The notes: generated by a model from the sequence alone, not told the origin. Counted from the stretch's first letter, positions 41,380 to 51,890 are shown. The stretch is 64,000 bases of DNA from an uncultured Candidatus Sumerlaeota bacterium (GCA_964473105.1 CAYYNQ010000103.1:17021-81020); one strand, 5' to 3'. A program made the numbers and translations.

Positions 41380-43263
41380 ATGTTTATGCTGAAGAGGTTT
41401 CAAGTGATATTTAATTCTCCTTTCCACTCTGTGAGTTCAAGGCTGGTTTTCCCAGTCTTTTTTCTTGTCCTGTTTTTCTTCGACCCGACCTGCGTGCAAT
41501 CGGTTAAGGACATCAGTCAATTCACCAGTCATTTCAGAGATCCCGACCGGGGTCACGCACCATGGGGTTTTTATCCGGAGGACAGTATCGCGAGTGTGTC
41601 CACAACCGAAAGCCCGGGGTTTGTGGTCATCCGCAATAAGGGTGGAGGCACGGATATCAAGGGTATCTTGGCGGAACCGATCCGTATGGACGAATACCCT
41701 GTTCCCTGGGAATTCCACATGGGTTTCATGCAGGATAAGTTCCAGGCCGTTGGCAGTGAGGGACAGGTCAATTATGCCTTCGGGGTTAATGTAGCCGTCA
41801 CGTTCTCCGACCCTTCGACCTGGCCGGCGGACCGGACACAACGCCCCCCCAATACGCGTTCCGTCCAGCTTCTGCTGGTGCACATGGGTAATGTTGGTGA
41901 GAACTTTCGGGCCGGCCTGCCCCTGGCCAGGCTGAGTGGACTGAATTCATATGACAGTTCACCCGAGGTTTTTCTTGTTTACGGCCGGGGTGATCTTGAT
42001 CCTATCGCACAGGGTAACTGGAATTTTGGGTACACCTCTGTCGGGGCTGACCTGAATAATGCAGGCAGTGGCGAGGCCGGCGGAGCAGCCGACCCGATCA
42101 TCAAGTTTCGTGTTGGCATGAATTCTTCAAACCTGACCCTGGGAGTGGGTTTTGGACCTAATATCGGCTGGAAGAGCAGGGTTATCAACTTTGGTCGGTT
42201 TGGGAAGGCGACGGGTATATGGGAGATCGGGCCGATTATCTCGCTCGACAACTGGATGGCTGAAGAACTGGGGCCGGAACTGGGGCTCACCGAGCCCCCA
42301 AGGTGGCTCAAAAGCATCAAAAGCCGTTATTCAACATCGTGGGGGGAACATGACCCGGCAACCATCGACCCATTGTTGGAGCTGTTTAGAATCCAGCCGC
42401 CAGACCCGAAAGTGCCATGTTATCTTGACTACGCGATCTTTTACCACAACGGCCCAGGCTACATTGAGCAACTTGGTGAGGAGTTTAATGTCCCGGGATT
42501 CCTGGCCGGCGAGAAGTATTATATCGAGGGCAATGTCTTTACCGAGACCTTCTCGAACCCGGGTTTCCTGACGGCAACATCGTTTGGTAATCACGGTGGC
42601 TGGGCGATGTGCCCGATTTTTGGGGGAAGCAGCATCGACCTGACCGGTGAACGTAGCCCCCCCTTCGAGGTCGAGATCGCCGCGATAACACCCGACAATG
42701 ACAAACCCTGGAACCTGTGGTGGAACATTGGAATCTGGAATGAAAAGGGCGACAAGTATGCCGGTTGGCAGCCGTGTATCAAGAATATTCCCGGTGTCGG
42801 GCGCCGTTTCACGAATTCCTTTTCCATCGATCCGGATGCCTTTGAATACCCGACCGAGATCCAGAACAGCGCGATCAACCCGAGATTCGATCCACCCATC
42901 CCGGAACTGCTCGGCCACAAGCCCCTATACTGGTTGTTACAGGTGAAGGATGAGTACCATGTCCGGGTCGGGGTGAGGGGCGACTCGGATGACCCATGGA
43001 CGTTCTCGACCGAGTGCGACACGCGGGACATATTCGGCTCCGACGGCCCGATCAGCATCGTGAATAAAAATAGTAGCGGTCCGGTACATCACACGGGTTA
43101 CAAGGAGGATGACCCTTTCGGAAAAATCGGGAAGTTCGGTTACCCGGCGTTGGTCTCTTACCAACTGCAGCCGAAGGACGGGGTTGCGGGCGTGGGAAAC
43201 GCCCCCGGTTATCAGCAGATGTTGATTGATTATATCCGTTACCGTTATGAATGTTCCGAATGA
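41380..43263 (+). CDS. Secreted ~625 aa protein of unrecognised family (family A, copy 1)
   Basis: N-terminal signal/TM. Clear paralog of 52418..54193 (blocks DIKGIL.EPIR.D.YP.PW.FHMG, WEIGPIISLD.W, NIPGFLA..KYYIEG.VF.ET.SNPG, GGWA.CPI, PWNLWWN.G, WQPCI.NIPG, YPALVS.Q, IDY..YRY). No known domain recognised. Confidence 0.75.
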   Translation: MFMLKRFQVIFNSPFHSVSSRLVFPVFFLVLFFFDPTCVQSVKDISQFTSHFRDPDRGHAPWGFYPEDSIASVSTTESPGFVVIRNKGGGTDIKGILAEPIRMDEYPVPWEFHMGFMQDKFQAVGSEGQVNYAFGVNVAVTFSDPSTWPADRTQRPPNTRSVQLLLVHMGNVGENFRAGLPLARLSGLNSYDSSPEVFLVYGRGDLDPIAQGNWNFGYTSVGADLNNAGSGEAGGAADPIIKFRVGMNSSNLTLGVGFGPNIGWKSRVINFGRFGKATGIWEIGPIISLDNWMAEELGPELGLTEPPRWLKSIKSRYSTSWGEHDPATIDPLLELFRIQPPDPKVPCYLDYAIFYHNGPGYIEQLGEEFNVPGFLAGEKYYIEGNVFTETFSNPGFLTATSFGNHGGWAMCPIFGGSSIDLTGERSPPFEVEIAAITPDNDKPWNLWWNIGIWNEKGDKYAGWQPCIKNIPGVGRRFTNSFSIDPDAFEYPTEIQNSAINPRFDPPIPELLGHKPLYWLLQVKDEYHVRVGVRGDSDDPWTFSTECDTRDIFGSDGPISIVNKNSSGPVHHTGYKEDDPFGKIGKFGYPALVSYQLQPKDGVAGVGNAPGYQQMLIDYIRYRYECSE

Positions 43264-43388
43264 TCTATAGCCATGAACCGGGTCATGGGTTGCAGGCCAT
43301 GAAGAATATAATGAGGATAAGAATATTTTCTCGCGCAGAACACGATGAGCGTTTCGTGGTCAAGTGGGTTCTGGCCCCGAATTGACTT

Positions 43389-45308
43389 TCAGTATGAAAC
43401 CAGGGGAATGATTCTGTCAGGTATGAATTGTGTTACCTGGTGCATGGGTGCCTGATTGGACCGGTAGTGCGTGCGCTCATAGATCTGATAGTAATTTCCC
43501 GTTTCACGCGGCTTGACGTCGATCACCGTGCTGCCCTTGAAGGTCAGCCCGACCTTTTCACCATTGATTGTGTAATCGTCCTCCCAGATAGGGACCGGGA
43601 ACTCCAGGATGATCCTGTCCCCGGGCCGAATTTCCTGAAAGATCAGGCGGTTGCCGTAACCGGCCGGGTCGACTTCCCTGATTTTTACACGGCCGAACAG
43701 GCCTGGGCGTTCAATACGTGACCTTACCCGGTTCTTCTCGACCCATCCGGGGATACGAACGATCACGGTATGAGCTTGCTTGTTGATCAAAACGACCTTG
43801 CCCTCGTAGGGAAGATAACTGGTGACATCCATCCATGCCGAGGCGCGGTTGAGAAAGAGATTGACGGTGGCCATTCCCCGGTCAAACCGTGTGATGCCAT
43901 GCCATGCATAATAAAGTCCCTGTGCGCCATTGACGGCACAGCATCCTCCCAGATTGGCCAGGCAGACACGGGAATGACTGCTGTGTGAAAAACCGCCACG
44001 AAAATTTTTCAGCAGCTCGTCCTCGACTGTCCCGGGTTTTGTCCCGCTGACCCGGCGCATTTTTTCAAGGTCGGTGATCTGCTGCTCGACAAGGTGGTTT
44101 CGCACGGTGTAGTCGAGATCGTCCCAGTAGTCGCCCAAGCCGGCATCACTCATTCGCACGGCATTGACGGCAAAGTCACCGGTGGCGCAGGGTTCGGGAT
44201 AACGCGCGAGGTCAACCGGGCGGCCGTAGGCCTCGGGTTTTGACCATGCGGGTGAGAAACCGAGTCGCACGATACCGTTGCGCCGGGTGTGTTCGTAATA
44301 CTCGCGTGTGAATTCCTTGAGCCAGTCACTGTTGGTGGCGATCGCCATGTCGAGCATTGCAATCAGCCCCTGCGTGCCGTTGTGGAAATGTCCCATCCAG
44401 ATCCCATGTTCGTAACCGGGGTAGCGTTTCTCATCGCTGTTCTCGGCCCACATGCCAGGCTTGAGCGAGAAGCGAAGAATTTTCTTTGCGAGCTCAATCG
44501 ATTCCTCCTCGCCGGTCATTTTGTAATGAATGGCGAGGACACTCATCAGCCGATTGGCTTCAGCACGGGCAGCGCCTTCATAACCGAGTGCATCCATATG
44601 TGGCTCGACCTCAGGGATGTAATCTGGATTGCCCTGACCGTCCTGGACCGTCCACTTCCCCTGTTTGTCGATGCCGGCTTGCATGGGGAAGAATGCCCGA
44701 TCCTCGACGTGGATCGCGACGTTACGGATACCGCGGGCGAGATGATCGATCCAGTCATCCCATTTTGGATTGCCATCGCGGGCCTTGAAATTCAGCATGG
44801 CGAAGATGGTGGTGGCATTGGTCTGGGGGTAGGACGTGCCCTTGAGCTTGCTGGCAGTGACCGGGTAATAGAGCTGTCCGTCCTCATCAATAGCCTTAAG
44901 GAGGGTCTTCATCAGGTTGTATTCGATATCGAGGTTGTGATCGGTGCCGACGGCCTGTCGCAGCATGGGTAGTTGTCGTGCGTTCTTGGGGGAGATATCC
45001 CAGTTTGGGTAATAAATTTCGGGCTTTTTATCATACTGGATGCTTCCCACGGCGTAGGCATGGCTGGGGTCGAGGCTGTTGGTGAGGATGTTAACGGAAT
45101 ATTCCATCTGTCCGACGAGATCAAGCGTATCGGGGACAATGGCCTTGTGTCGTTCCCCAGTCGGATACATACTCTCGATGTTAAGAACTTCATCGATGTT
45201 AAGCTTGGAGGAGGCATTCGGGGAAAATGAAATATTGAAAGCCAGAAGTGCCGCAATGGTCATGGAAGAAATACGAAAAAGGAAACGATTCATGGTTAAA
45301 GTCCCCAC
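43389..45308 (-). CDS. Secreted DUF1680/GH127-like (beta-L-arabinofuranosidase-type) six-hairpin glycosidase
   Basis: Signal peptide and ~640 aa. E372-P-C374 and C456-C457 are spaced like the Zn/catalytic Glu-x-Cys ... Cys-Cys of GH127 (HypBA1 E338/C340/C417/C418). Confidence 0.5.
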   Translation of the reverse strand: MGTLTMNRFLFRISSMTIAALLAFNISFSPNASSKLNIDEVLNIESMYPTGERHKAIVPDTLDLVGQMEYSVNILTNSLDPSHAYAVGSIQYDKKPEIYYPNWDISPKNARQLPMLRQAVGTDHNLDIEYNLMKTLLKAIDEDGQLYYPVTASKLKGTSYPQTNATTIFAMLNFKARDGNPKWDDWIDHLARGIRNVAIHVEDRAFFPMQAGIDKQGKWTVQDGQGNPDYIPEVEPHMDALGYEGAARAEANRLMSVLAIHYKMTGEEESIELAKKILRFSLKPGMWAENSDEKRYPGYEHGIWMGHFHNGTQGLIAMLDMAIATNSDWLKEFTREYYEHTRRNGIVRLGFSPAWSKPEAYGRPVDLARYPEPCATGDFAVNAVRMSDAGLGDYWDDLDYTVRNHLVEQQITDLEKMRRVSGTKPGTVEDELLKNFRGGFSHSSHSRVCLANLGGCCAVNGAQGLYYAWHGITRFDRGMATVNLFLNRASAWMDVTSYLPYEGKVVLINKQAHTVIVRIPGWVEKNRVRSRIERPGLFGRVKIREVDPAGYGNRLIFQEIRPGDRIILEFPVPIWEDDYTINGEKVGLTFKGSTVIDVKPRETGNYYQIYERTHYRSNQAPMHQVTQFIPDRIIPLVSY

Positions 45309-45498
45309 TTTTTTGGTCTGTATTTCCGACTTGCAGTCAGCAGAAAATCATGCAATTGACATGCATCCGCCCGAATGGATCTGATGCGATTTCAATCTGC
45401 AGGGTTCTGTGTCTGTTATCTTGACCCTTGATCCTCTCGTTACTTCCTGTTTGAGTGGACACAGGCAATTTATCCGAATAAATCAATGATGTCCAGAT

Positions 45499-47565
45499 AT
45501 GGTGAGGGCTATGGAGATTTCCCGAAGAACCCTGCTCAAACCAAGGTTATTGAACCTGGTTTTCCTGGCAATGATATGCCTGTCGCCTCCCGGGGGATTT
45601 ACGGTTGAACCGCAGGACTTATCCGGAGTGTCCGATACGAATGTTCTGAAAGATTTTGATCTTGGGGATCTTCGGGTGACGAATCCGGGGAGTCTGCACA
45701 CCCTCCAGTCTTATGAAGCCCCTGTTAAACTGGAGGAATGGAAAAAACGGAAGGCGGAGATGCGCCGGGATATTCTTGTCCATGCCGGGATGTGGCCTAT
45801 GCCGGGACTGGGTCCTGTCACCGCGGAAGTGTTTGACCGCAGCGTGCATGACGGATACAGCATTGAGAAGGTCATTCTTGAGACATTTCCGGGTTTTGTA
45901 CTGACTGGAAACCTGTTCCGCCCGTATCCGTCTGTTGAAAATCAGAAGTACCCGGGGATCATTTGTCCGCACGGCCACTGGGACCGTGGCCGTTTCGAGA
46001 ATTCCGGGACAGCATCTGTTCCCGGGCGTGCTCTCAGTTTTGCACGACAGGGCTATGTCTGTATCACGTATGATATGATCGGTTACGGCGACAATGTGAA
46101 CGTTTTTTATCCACACCGGTTTCGTAGCGTGCGTGACATGCTTTGGGGAGTGACTCCCGGAGGTCTTCAGTTGTTGAACTCGGTGCGTGTAATCGATTTT
46201 ATGCAGTCGCTTCCTGATGTTGATGATGCGAGGATTGGCTGTACGGGAGCCTCGGGCGGTGGGACACAGACGTTCATGATCAGTGCGATTGATGACCGGG
46301 TGAAGGTTGCCGCGCCGGTCAACATGATTTCGCATTCGATGCAGGGCGGCTGTGTCTGTGAAAACCTGCCCCATCTGCGGATCGATAGCAACAATATGGA
46401 GATCGGCGCACTGATGGCACCACGCCCATTGATGATGGTTTCGGCCGGGGGCGACTGGACGAGGAAGACCCCGGAGATTGAGTTTCCCGCCGTACGTTCG
46501 GTTTACCGGCTGTACGATGCTGGGGAAATGGTTGTGAACTATCACCAGGAAGCACCGCACAACTACAATAAGAAGTCCCGGCAGGCGGTCTATGATTGGT
46601 TCGGGCGGTGGTTCTATCCGGACCGACCGACCGGCGATTTTATGGAATTGGAATTCACGGTTCCGAATCTGGATCAATTGTCTGTATTTGCAAACCGTAA
46701 AATCCATAATTCTGCAAAATCCCGGCAGCAAATACTGTCATCCGTCCGGAAGTTGCACGAAGAACAATACAATCAATACCTCGGCGGGGATCCAGGCTCA
46801 TTTCTGGACACATTCGGGACGACATGGCGTGTCACGATGGGAATCAGTGAACCGTTGAAACAGGACATCAAGATAGATCACCTCTCGAAAATCCAAATAG
46901 GTGGAGTCCGGCTGGAGAAATTCCTCCTGATGAATTCGGTTACAGGCCAGCGAGTCCCGGTAAATTTGTGGATGCCTGGCAACACCCCGGACAAGAACAT
47001 GCCAAATCCGGTCCTGTTGGTGGATGTGCGAGGCAAGCGTGGGATTGTCCGGGAGAATGGGATGCCGGGACCGAAACTGAGACAACTGCTCGACCAGGGC
47101 GGAGTGGTGATGGGTATGGACTGTTTTGGAACGGGTGAATTCCTCATGGATGACAGATTCAAGGAACACAAAGGCATCATACGCCTTTATCATTCATACA
47201 ACCGGTCCGATACGGTCAACCGAATCCATGACATTCTGTTGGCGGAGACCTATCTTGCGCTGCGATTTGGAAAGCCGGCCCGTATTGTCGGTCGAAAGGG
47301 TGCGGGGGGGTGGGTCCTGCTCGCCCATGGTCTGGCTGACCGGTCACTGGAAACAACCGTTGATCTCGCAGGCCTTGATGGAACGCAGGATAGGTGTTTT
47401 GTGGAAGACCTGATGATTCCGGGGATCCGCCGTGCAGGTGATTTCGTGACCTCGATCATTTTGGGATCGCAACGGAAAGTTATGTATCATTCGTGTGATG
47501 ATGAACAACTCGACCGGCGTTTGGAAGAGGCGATCAAGATATCGGAAGCATACAGGGGAAACTGA
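45499..47565 (+). CDS. Tat-exported two-lobed alpha/beta hydrolase (esterase; acetyl-xylan-esterase/dienelactone-hydrolase-like N-lobe)
   Basis: Twin-arginine motif SRRTLLK and nucleophile elbow GCTGASGGG. The C-terminal ~300 aa look like a second, degenerate alpha/beta lobe. Confidence 0.65.
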   Translation: MVRAMEISRRTLLKPRLLNLVFLAMICLSPPGGFTVEPQDLSGVSDTNVLKDFDLGDLRVTNPGSLHTLQSYEAPVKLEEWKKRKAEMRRDILVHAGMWPMPGLGPVTAEVFDRSVHDGYSIEKVILETFPGFVLTGNLFRPYPSVENQKYPGIICPHGHWDRGRFENSGTASVPGRALSFARQGYVCITYDMIGYGDNVNVFYPHRFRSVRDMLWGVTPGGLQLLNSVRVIDFMQSLPDVDDARIGCTGASGGGTQTFMISAIDDRVKVAAPVNMISHSMQGGCVCENLPHLRIDSNNMEIGALMAPRPLMMVSAGGDWTRKTPEIEFPAVRSVYRLYDAGEMVVNYHQEAPHNYNKKSRQAVYDWFGRWFYPDRPTGDFMELEFTVPNLDQLSVFANRKIHNSAKSRQQILSSVRKLHEEQYNQYLGGDPGSFLDTFGTTWRVTMGISEPLKQDIKIDHLSKIQIGGVRLEKFLLMNSVTGQRVPVNLWMPGNTPDKNMPNPVLLVDVRGKRGIVRENGMPGPKLRQLLDQGGVVMGMDCFGTGEFLMDDRFKEHKGIIRLYHSYNRSDTVNRIHDILLAETYLALRFGKPARIVGRKGAGGWVLLAHGLADRSLETTVDLAGLDGTQDRCFVEDLMIPGIRRAGDFVTSIILGSQRKVMYHSCDDEQLDRRLEEAIKISEAYRGN

Positions 47566-47671
47566 TAATACTTTGAAACAACATTGCAGCCGATTGGAAT
47601 GTCTGAGCATTGAGCCGGGAGGGGAAAACGTCCTCATTGATCCTAGCCTCATCTTCTGAAAAGAAAGTCAC

Positions 47672-48682
47672 ATGTCAGGAGTCAGAGCTGAAATGAACAT
47701 GGGATTTGTAGACCTGCATGTGAACGGTATTGCCGGAACTGATTTCACAAAGCCGGACCTGACTGGTGATGATGTTTCTCGGGTCGCTGCATATCTGTAT
47801 CGGCACGGTGTGGCGGGATTCTGCCCGACGGTCATAACAACGTCGATGAGTACATATAGGCGTTGCCTGCCGGTTCTGGCGGGCCATAAACATTCACCTG
47901 GCGAGGCGAAGGTCTTGGGCATTCATGTTGAGGGTCCGTTCCTAAGTCCGCAGGACGGCCCGCGTGGGATTCACCCGGCTGATTTGATGCGACAACCATC
48001 GATCAACTTGTTTGATCAATTGCGTTCCTGGGCCGATGATAAAATATTGATGCTGACACTTGCTCCCGAGTTGCCAGGCTCGGTTGAGTTGATAAGGCAT
48101 GTCCGGACACAAACCACGGCAAGGATTTCAATTGGTCACACGATGGCGCCATCCGATGCTATCAGGGCTGCTGTCGATGCCGGCGCGACTTTGGCAACCC
48201 ATCTGGGAAACGGTTTGGCGAGCATGATTCACCGGCATTATAATCCGCTCTGGCCACTACTAGACGACGATCGTCTTTCGGCAATGTTGATCACCGACGG
48301 ATTCCATCTCCCGGCCGATATGGTCAGGACCTGCCTGCGTGCGAAGGGGGCAAGACGTTCAATCGTAACGAGCGATGTTGTCCATATCTCGGGCTTGGAC
48401 CCGGGCGATCATATAATGCATGGGGTGGAAGTCGTACTTGAGGTGAATGGTCATTTGCATCGCAGGGGTGCGGATAATCAGTTGGCCGGGTCAGGATGCC
48501 ACATGTTGGATTGCATGAACCACCTTTCATCACTTGAGATTTTGAATGAGAAGGAATTGCGGGCCGTTGGTCGGACGAATGCACTAGATGTGCTGGGTTA
48601 TGATGGGGAAATGGAAGATGATCTGGTTGTGTATGAAGGCGGGAAATTCAAAGTCAGGAAGATCAGTGACGGATCTGCCTAG
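47672..48682 (+). CDS. nagA: N-acetylglucosamine-6-phosphate deacetylase-like amidohydrolase (short form)
   Basis: DLHVNGIAGTDF (E. coli NagA-type DxQ/HxNG), HVEGPFLSP, HLGNG, and a C-terminal beta-segment. 336 aa, with no long N-terminal beta-sandwich. Confidence 0.65.
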   Translation: MSGVRAEMNMGFVDLHVNGIAGTDFTKPDLTGDDVSRVAAYLYRHGVAGFCPTVITTSMSTYRRCLPVLAGHKHSPGEAKVLGIHVEGPFLSPQDGPRGIHPADLMRQPSINLFDQLRSWADDKILMLTLAPELPGSVELIRHVRTQTTARISIGHTMAPSDAIRAAVDAGATLATHLGNGLASMIHRHYNPLWPLLDDDRLSAMLITDGFHLPADMVRTCLRAKGARRSIVTSDVVHISGLDPGDHIMHGVEVVLEVNGHLHRRGADNQLAGSGCHMLDCMNHLSSLEILNEKELRAVGRTNALDVLGYDGEMEDDLVVYEGGKFKVRKISDGSA

Positions 48683-48868
48683 AGAAATAAAGCCGGAATG
48701 AACACCCAGGTTCTGGAAGGATATCAGCACGTTTCCTCAAAAGGAGCCGGGGGTGAGCGGGGCCCATTTAAAGGTGATCGACCGCGATACAGGCTAATCC
48801 AGGACGAATTACTCGTAATCCTTGGTGGCCGTTCCGCCATTTACGGCCGGATACTTGATATACTGGTG

Positions 48869-49711
48869 TCACCGCAGGAAGTTGATCTGGCCCGGGGGCC
48901 ATACTCGCATAAAGGCGCGGCCCTTGATGTGATGCCGTGGAACGCCACCCCAGTAGCGGCTGTCGAGGCTGCCGTGCATGTTGTCCCCAAAGACGTAGTA
49001 TTCGTCGTTGGGGACACGAATGGATCTCAGCCGGAGGCTGATATTATCGATGTCATCGTATTCAATCTCCGGTCGTTGGAAAAATCCCCGGTTATTGGAG
49101 TTGACATGGTCGACATATTGCTGGGTCCGGAAAAATCCGGGATTCACTATTTTTCGCCCGTTGACCTTCAGATGACCAGCAGAGTCAAAGGTCAACAAGT
49201 CACCCGGCGTGCCCGTGCATCGCTTGATATAGATTGGGGCCTGGGGCCTGTATAATCTTCCGGGCACTTTGAAGATCGTGATATCACCATGGCTGGGATT
49301 TTGGAACCAGTAGGCGAGCTTGTTGACGAGGATCCGGTCATGCTGGGATGTCAGAATTCCCTGCTGGTCCCAGCGGCTGAGTTGCATCGTGTCCGGATTG
49401 ATGGTCTTGTTATAGATGTAGCGTGAGGCGGATTTTATGAACACGAATGGAACCTGTTGTTGCTGGTCAAGAAAGATGATATCCCTACGGTCATCGCCGT
49501 TGACATCGACAAGTGCGACCATGCCTCCGATCAGGGTGGGGGTCATCGATGCGCTGGGGATTTTATAGATATCGACCAAGAACATCTTCATGAATACCAC
49601 GACAAGGAAGATCCGGACGAATTCGTTGAACAACTTCCGGATCTCCGCTGGACACCTCGTTGAGGGACCGTTTTTATTGATGATTTCACTTGAAGATTTT
49701 GTGCTGGCCAT
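48869..49711 (-). CDS. lepB: Signal peptidase I
   Basis: Box B IPSASMTPTL, box D/E GDNMHGSLDSRYWG, and an N-terminal TM. Confidence 0.9.
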   Translation of the reverse strand: MASTKSSSEIINKNGPSTRCPAEIRKLFNEFVRIFLVVVFMKMFLVDIYKIPSASMTPTLIGGMVALVDVNGDDRRDIIFLDQQQQVPFVFIKSASRYIYNKTINPDTMQLSRWDQQGILTSQHDRILVNKLAYWFQNPSHGDITIFKVPGRLYRPQAPIYIKRCTGTPGDLLTFDSAGHLKVNGRKIVNPGFFRTQQYVDHVNSNNRGFFQRPEIEYDDIDNISLRLRSIRVPNDEYYVFGDNMHGSLDSRYWGGVPRHHIKGRAFMRVWPPGQINFLR

Positions 49712-49991
49712 GGATTTTCAATCGTTTTGGTCGTGAATCTGATCCGAATGAACGGCCGAACACTGGTCGGTCAAACATGGACTGGCATGGACTGAGAAAC
49801 TGTTGTTATTCATGCCCGCTGCTGCGGGCCTTTTCTTGCACTCGATTTGACATCCATTGCTGCTTTCCCTCTGGCAATCGTCCCCCTCGGATCTCCCAGG
49901 TTGTTCAAGATAGCTGTCATCCTTATGCTCCTTCTGTCTGTGTCCCCAAGGGTGATCAATTTAACGCCCTGACAACTGATCACGACAATGA

Positions 49992-51695
49992 TTATCCCTG
50001 TGAAATCCAGAAAAACAACCCGATGATTGCAATTACGACAAGCCAACCGGTAGCAAAGCCGATTGCGGAAACTGCAGAGGGAATGGGAATTTCGAGATTT
50101 TGCAACGGTATTAGTTTGCGTACCGGGAGTGCCTGCGTATTTTCCGGCAGGGTGCAGGGTTTTGCAACCTTTTCATCAGCAAGAACCGGGGTGCGGGTCA
50201 GGGCATAAAACAGGTCGAGTTTTTCCCGTGCGACCGGCCGGGTGGCTAGGCTTGCAAGGATTCCGCCTAAGGTTCCGGCGAGCAGGTAAAAAACCATCTG
50301 CCATGGCAGGTAAAGTGATGCAGCATCGCCCTCACCTCTGACCCAAGGTAGATCAAAAATCTCGGGGATGCCTGACATCCATCCGACGAAGAATTCACGT
50401 TCAGTCAGGTACCAGCATCCGAATCCGGCCAGCGTGGCTATCCAGGCGCCTGCCACGGTCGTTCGTCTCCAGAATAGGCCCAGCCAGAACGCGATCCCCA
50501 TCATTGCGGGGATTCGCCAGAAGACCTCAAGCATCTTGATGACGTTTTCCATCGAGTATGCAAAGTAAAGGCCTCCCGCGACAATCAGCAGGGCGATGAA
50601 CCGACCGATGCGGAGGTAATGCTGTTCAGGACGGTTAGGTACCAGTCTGCTGTAGATATTCCGGGTGAACAGGCCGGATGAGGCAATCATGAACGAGTCA
50701 CAGGAACTCATTACCGATGCCAGCAGCGCCGCGAGGAATACTCCCAGCAGTCCCGGCATGATTTTGGGCAGGAACTCCCGTGCTGCGTGGCCATAAACCT
50801 CGTCCGGGTTGACATCAGAACCGGTGAAGTAAGCGACTGCGGCCAATCCGGTCAGGCACCAGGCGATCGTGCAGATTCGCTTGAGCAGGTTACCTCCCAT
50901 CATGCCGCTCCGGCCATCCAATTCGGTACGTCCGGCCGCGCAGTTGCCGAGGATGTGCGGCTGGGTGACGATTCCCACCAGCGCATTGAACGCGATGATG
51001 ATGATATAAAAGAAGCCGATCTCGCCGGGTGCGACCAGTGAGAACATGTTGTCCGCATTATTGATGGTGTTGCGGATTCCGTCGATCCCGCCGACGGCCG
51101 AGAGGATGAACGGCAGCAGCAGGAATGAAAAGATGATTGTCAGGACCCCTTGGATGAAGTCGGTGACGATTGCTGCGCTGAGCCCCCCCGCGATTCCATA
51201 GATCACGAACATGGCGGTCATGACTCCGATCGCGAGGTTTTGGGATATCATCCCGCCGGTGCTGGCTGTAATAACCGCCCCCGACCCCTTGAGCATAGTG
51301 CCGATGTTGAACATCAGGCTGAACATGCCGACGACGGCGAACAGGCCGGCCACGCTTTTGTCATACCGTGCTTCAAAGATGTCGGCTGTGGTAATGGCGC
51401 GAAACCGGCGCATCACGGGGGCGATCAGCCAATAGAAGGGCGTGGCAAAGAGATAGAGCCACTGATACCAGATGCCCGACAAGCCGCTGGTGAATGTCTT
51501 GGAGGCGACACCGACGGCCTGGTCGGAATGAGTTCCCGACCCGAAGGCATGCATCATCATCATCGATTTCCCAAAGCGGCGCGGCATGAAGAAGTCGCCG
51601 GTCGTACGGATCCGGCGGGCCATCCAGATTCCCAGTCCGGTGATTCCGACCAGGTAGACGGTCAGAACGACCTTGTCCGCGGTGGCCAAACCCAT
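49992..51695 (-). CDS. Sodium:solute symporter family transporter
   Basis: 13-14 TM, SSF-type N-terminus (MGLATADKVVLTVYLVGITGLGIWMARR...GDFF) and core. Confidence 0.85.
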   Translation of the reverse strand: MGLATADKVVLTVYLVGITGLGIWMARRIRTTGDFFMPRRFGKSMMMMHAFGSGTHSDQAVGVASKTFTSGLSGIWYQWLYLFATPFYWLIAPVMRRFRAITTADIFEARYDKSVAGLFAVVGMFSLMFNIGTMLKGSGAVITASTGGMISQNLAIGVMTAMFVIYGIAGGLSAAIVTDFIQGVLTIIFSFLLLPFILSAVGGIDGIRNTINNADNMFSLVAPGEIGFFYIIIIAFNALVGIVTQPHILGNCAAGRTELDGRSGMMGGNLLKRICTIAWCLTGLAAVAYFTGSDVNPDEVYGHAAREFLPKIMPGLLGVFLAALLASVMSSCDSFMIASSGLFTRNIYSRLVPNRPEQHYLRIGRFIALLIVAGGLYFAYSMENVIKMLEVFWRIPAMMGIAFWLGLFWRRTTVAGAWIATLAGFGCWYLTEREFFVGWMSGIPEIFDLPWVRGEGDAASLYLPWQMVFYLLAGTLGGILASLATRPVAREKLDLFYALTRTPVLADEKVAKPCTLPENTQALPVRKLIPLQNLEIPIPSAVSAIGFATGWLVVIAIIGLFFWISQG

Positions 51696-51890
51696 AGCTC
51701 AAATCTCCCTTGAAGGCTCAATCATGGATATCGAACGACTGTGAATCAACCGGATTCCCTCTCGAGAGCACAGTAGCAGCAGGGGTGAGATCATGGTCAA
51801 CCCGATAGCCCTGTGGGATAATCCTCAAAGAAAACACCTGTTTCATTTCCGGCGATGCAGTTGGATATCCGTGCACCGTTGATGGGTGAA

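Noticed and set aside
45619-46731. 370 aa minus-strand ORF inside the alpha/beta hydrolase gene
   Set aside because: Arg/Pro/His-rich antisense translation. The plus-strand gene has a Tat signal and GxSxG motif.
48698-49255. 185 aa plus-strand ORF
   Set aside because: Entirely antisense to the well-supported lepB gene, with no motif.
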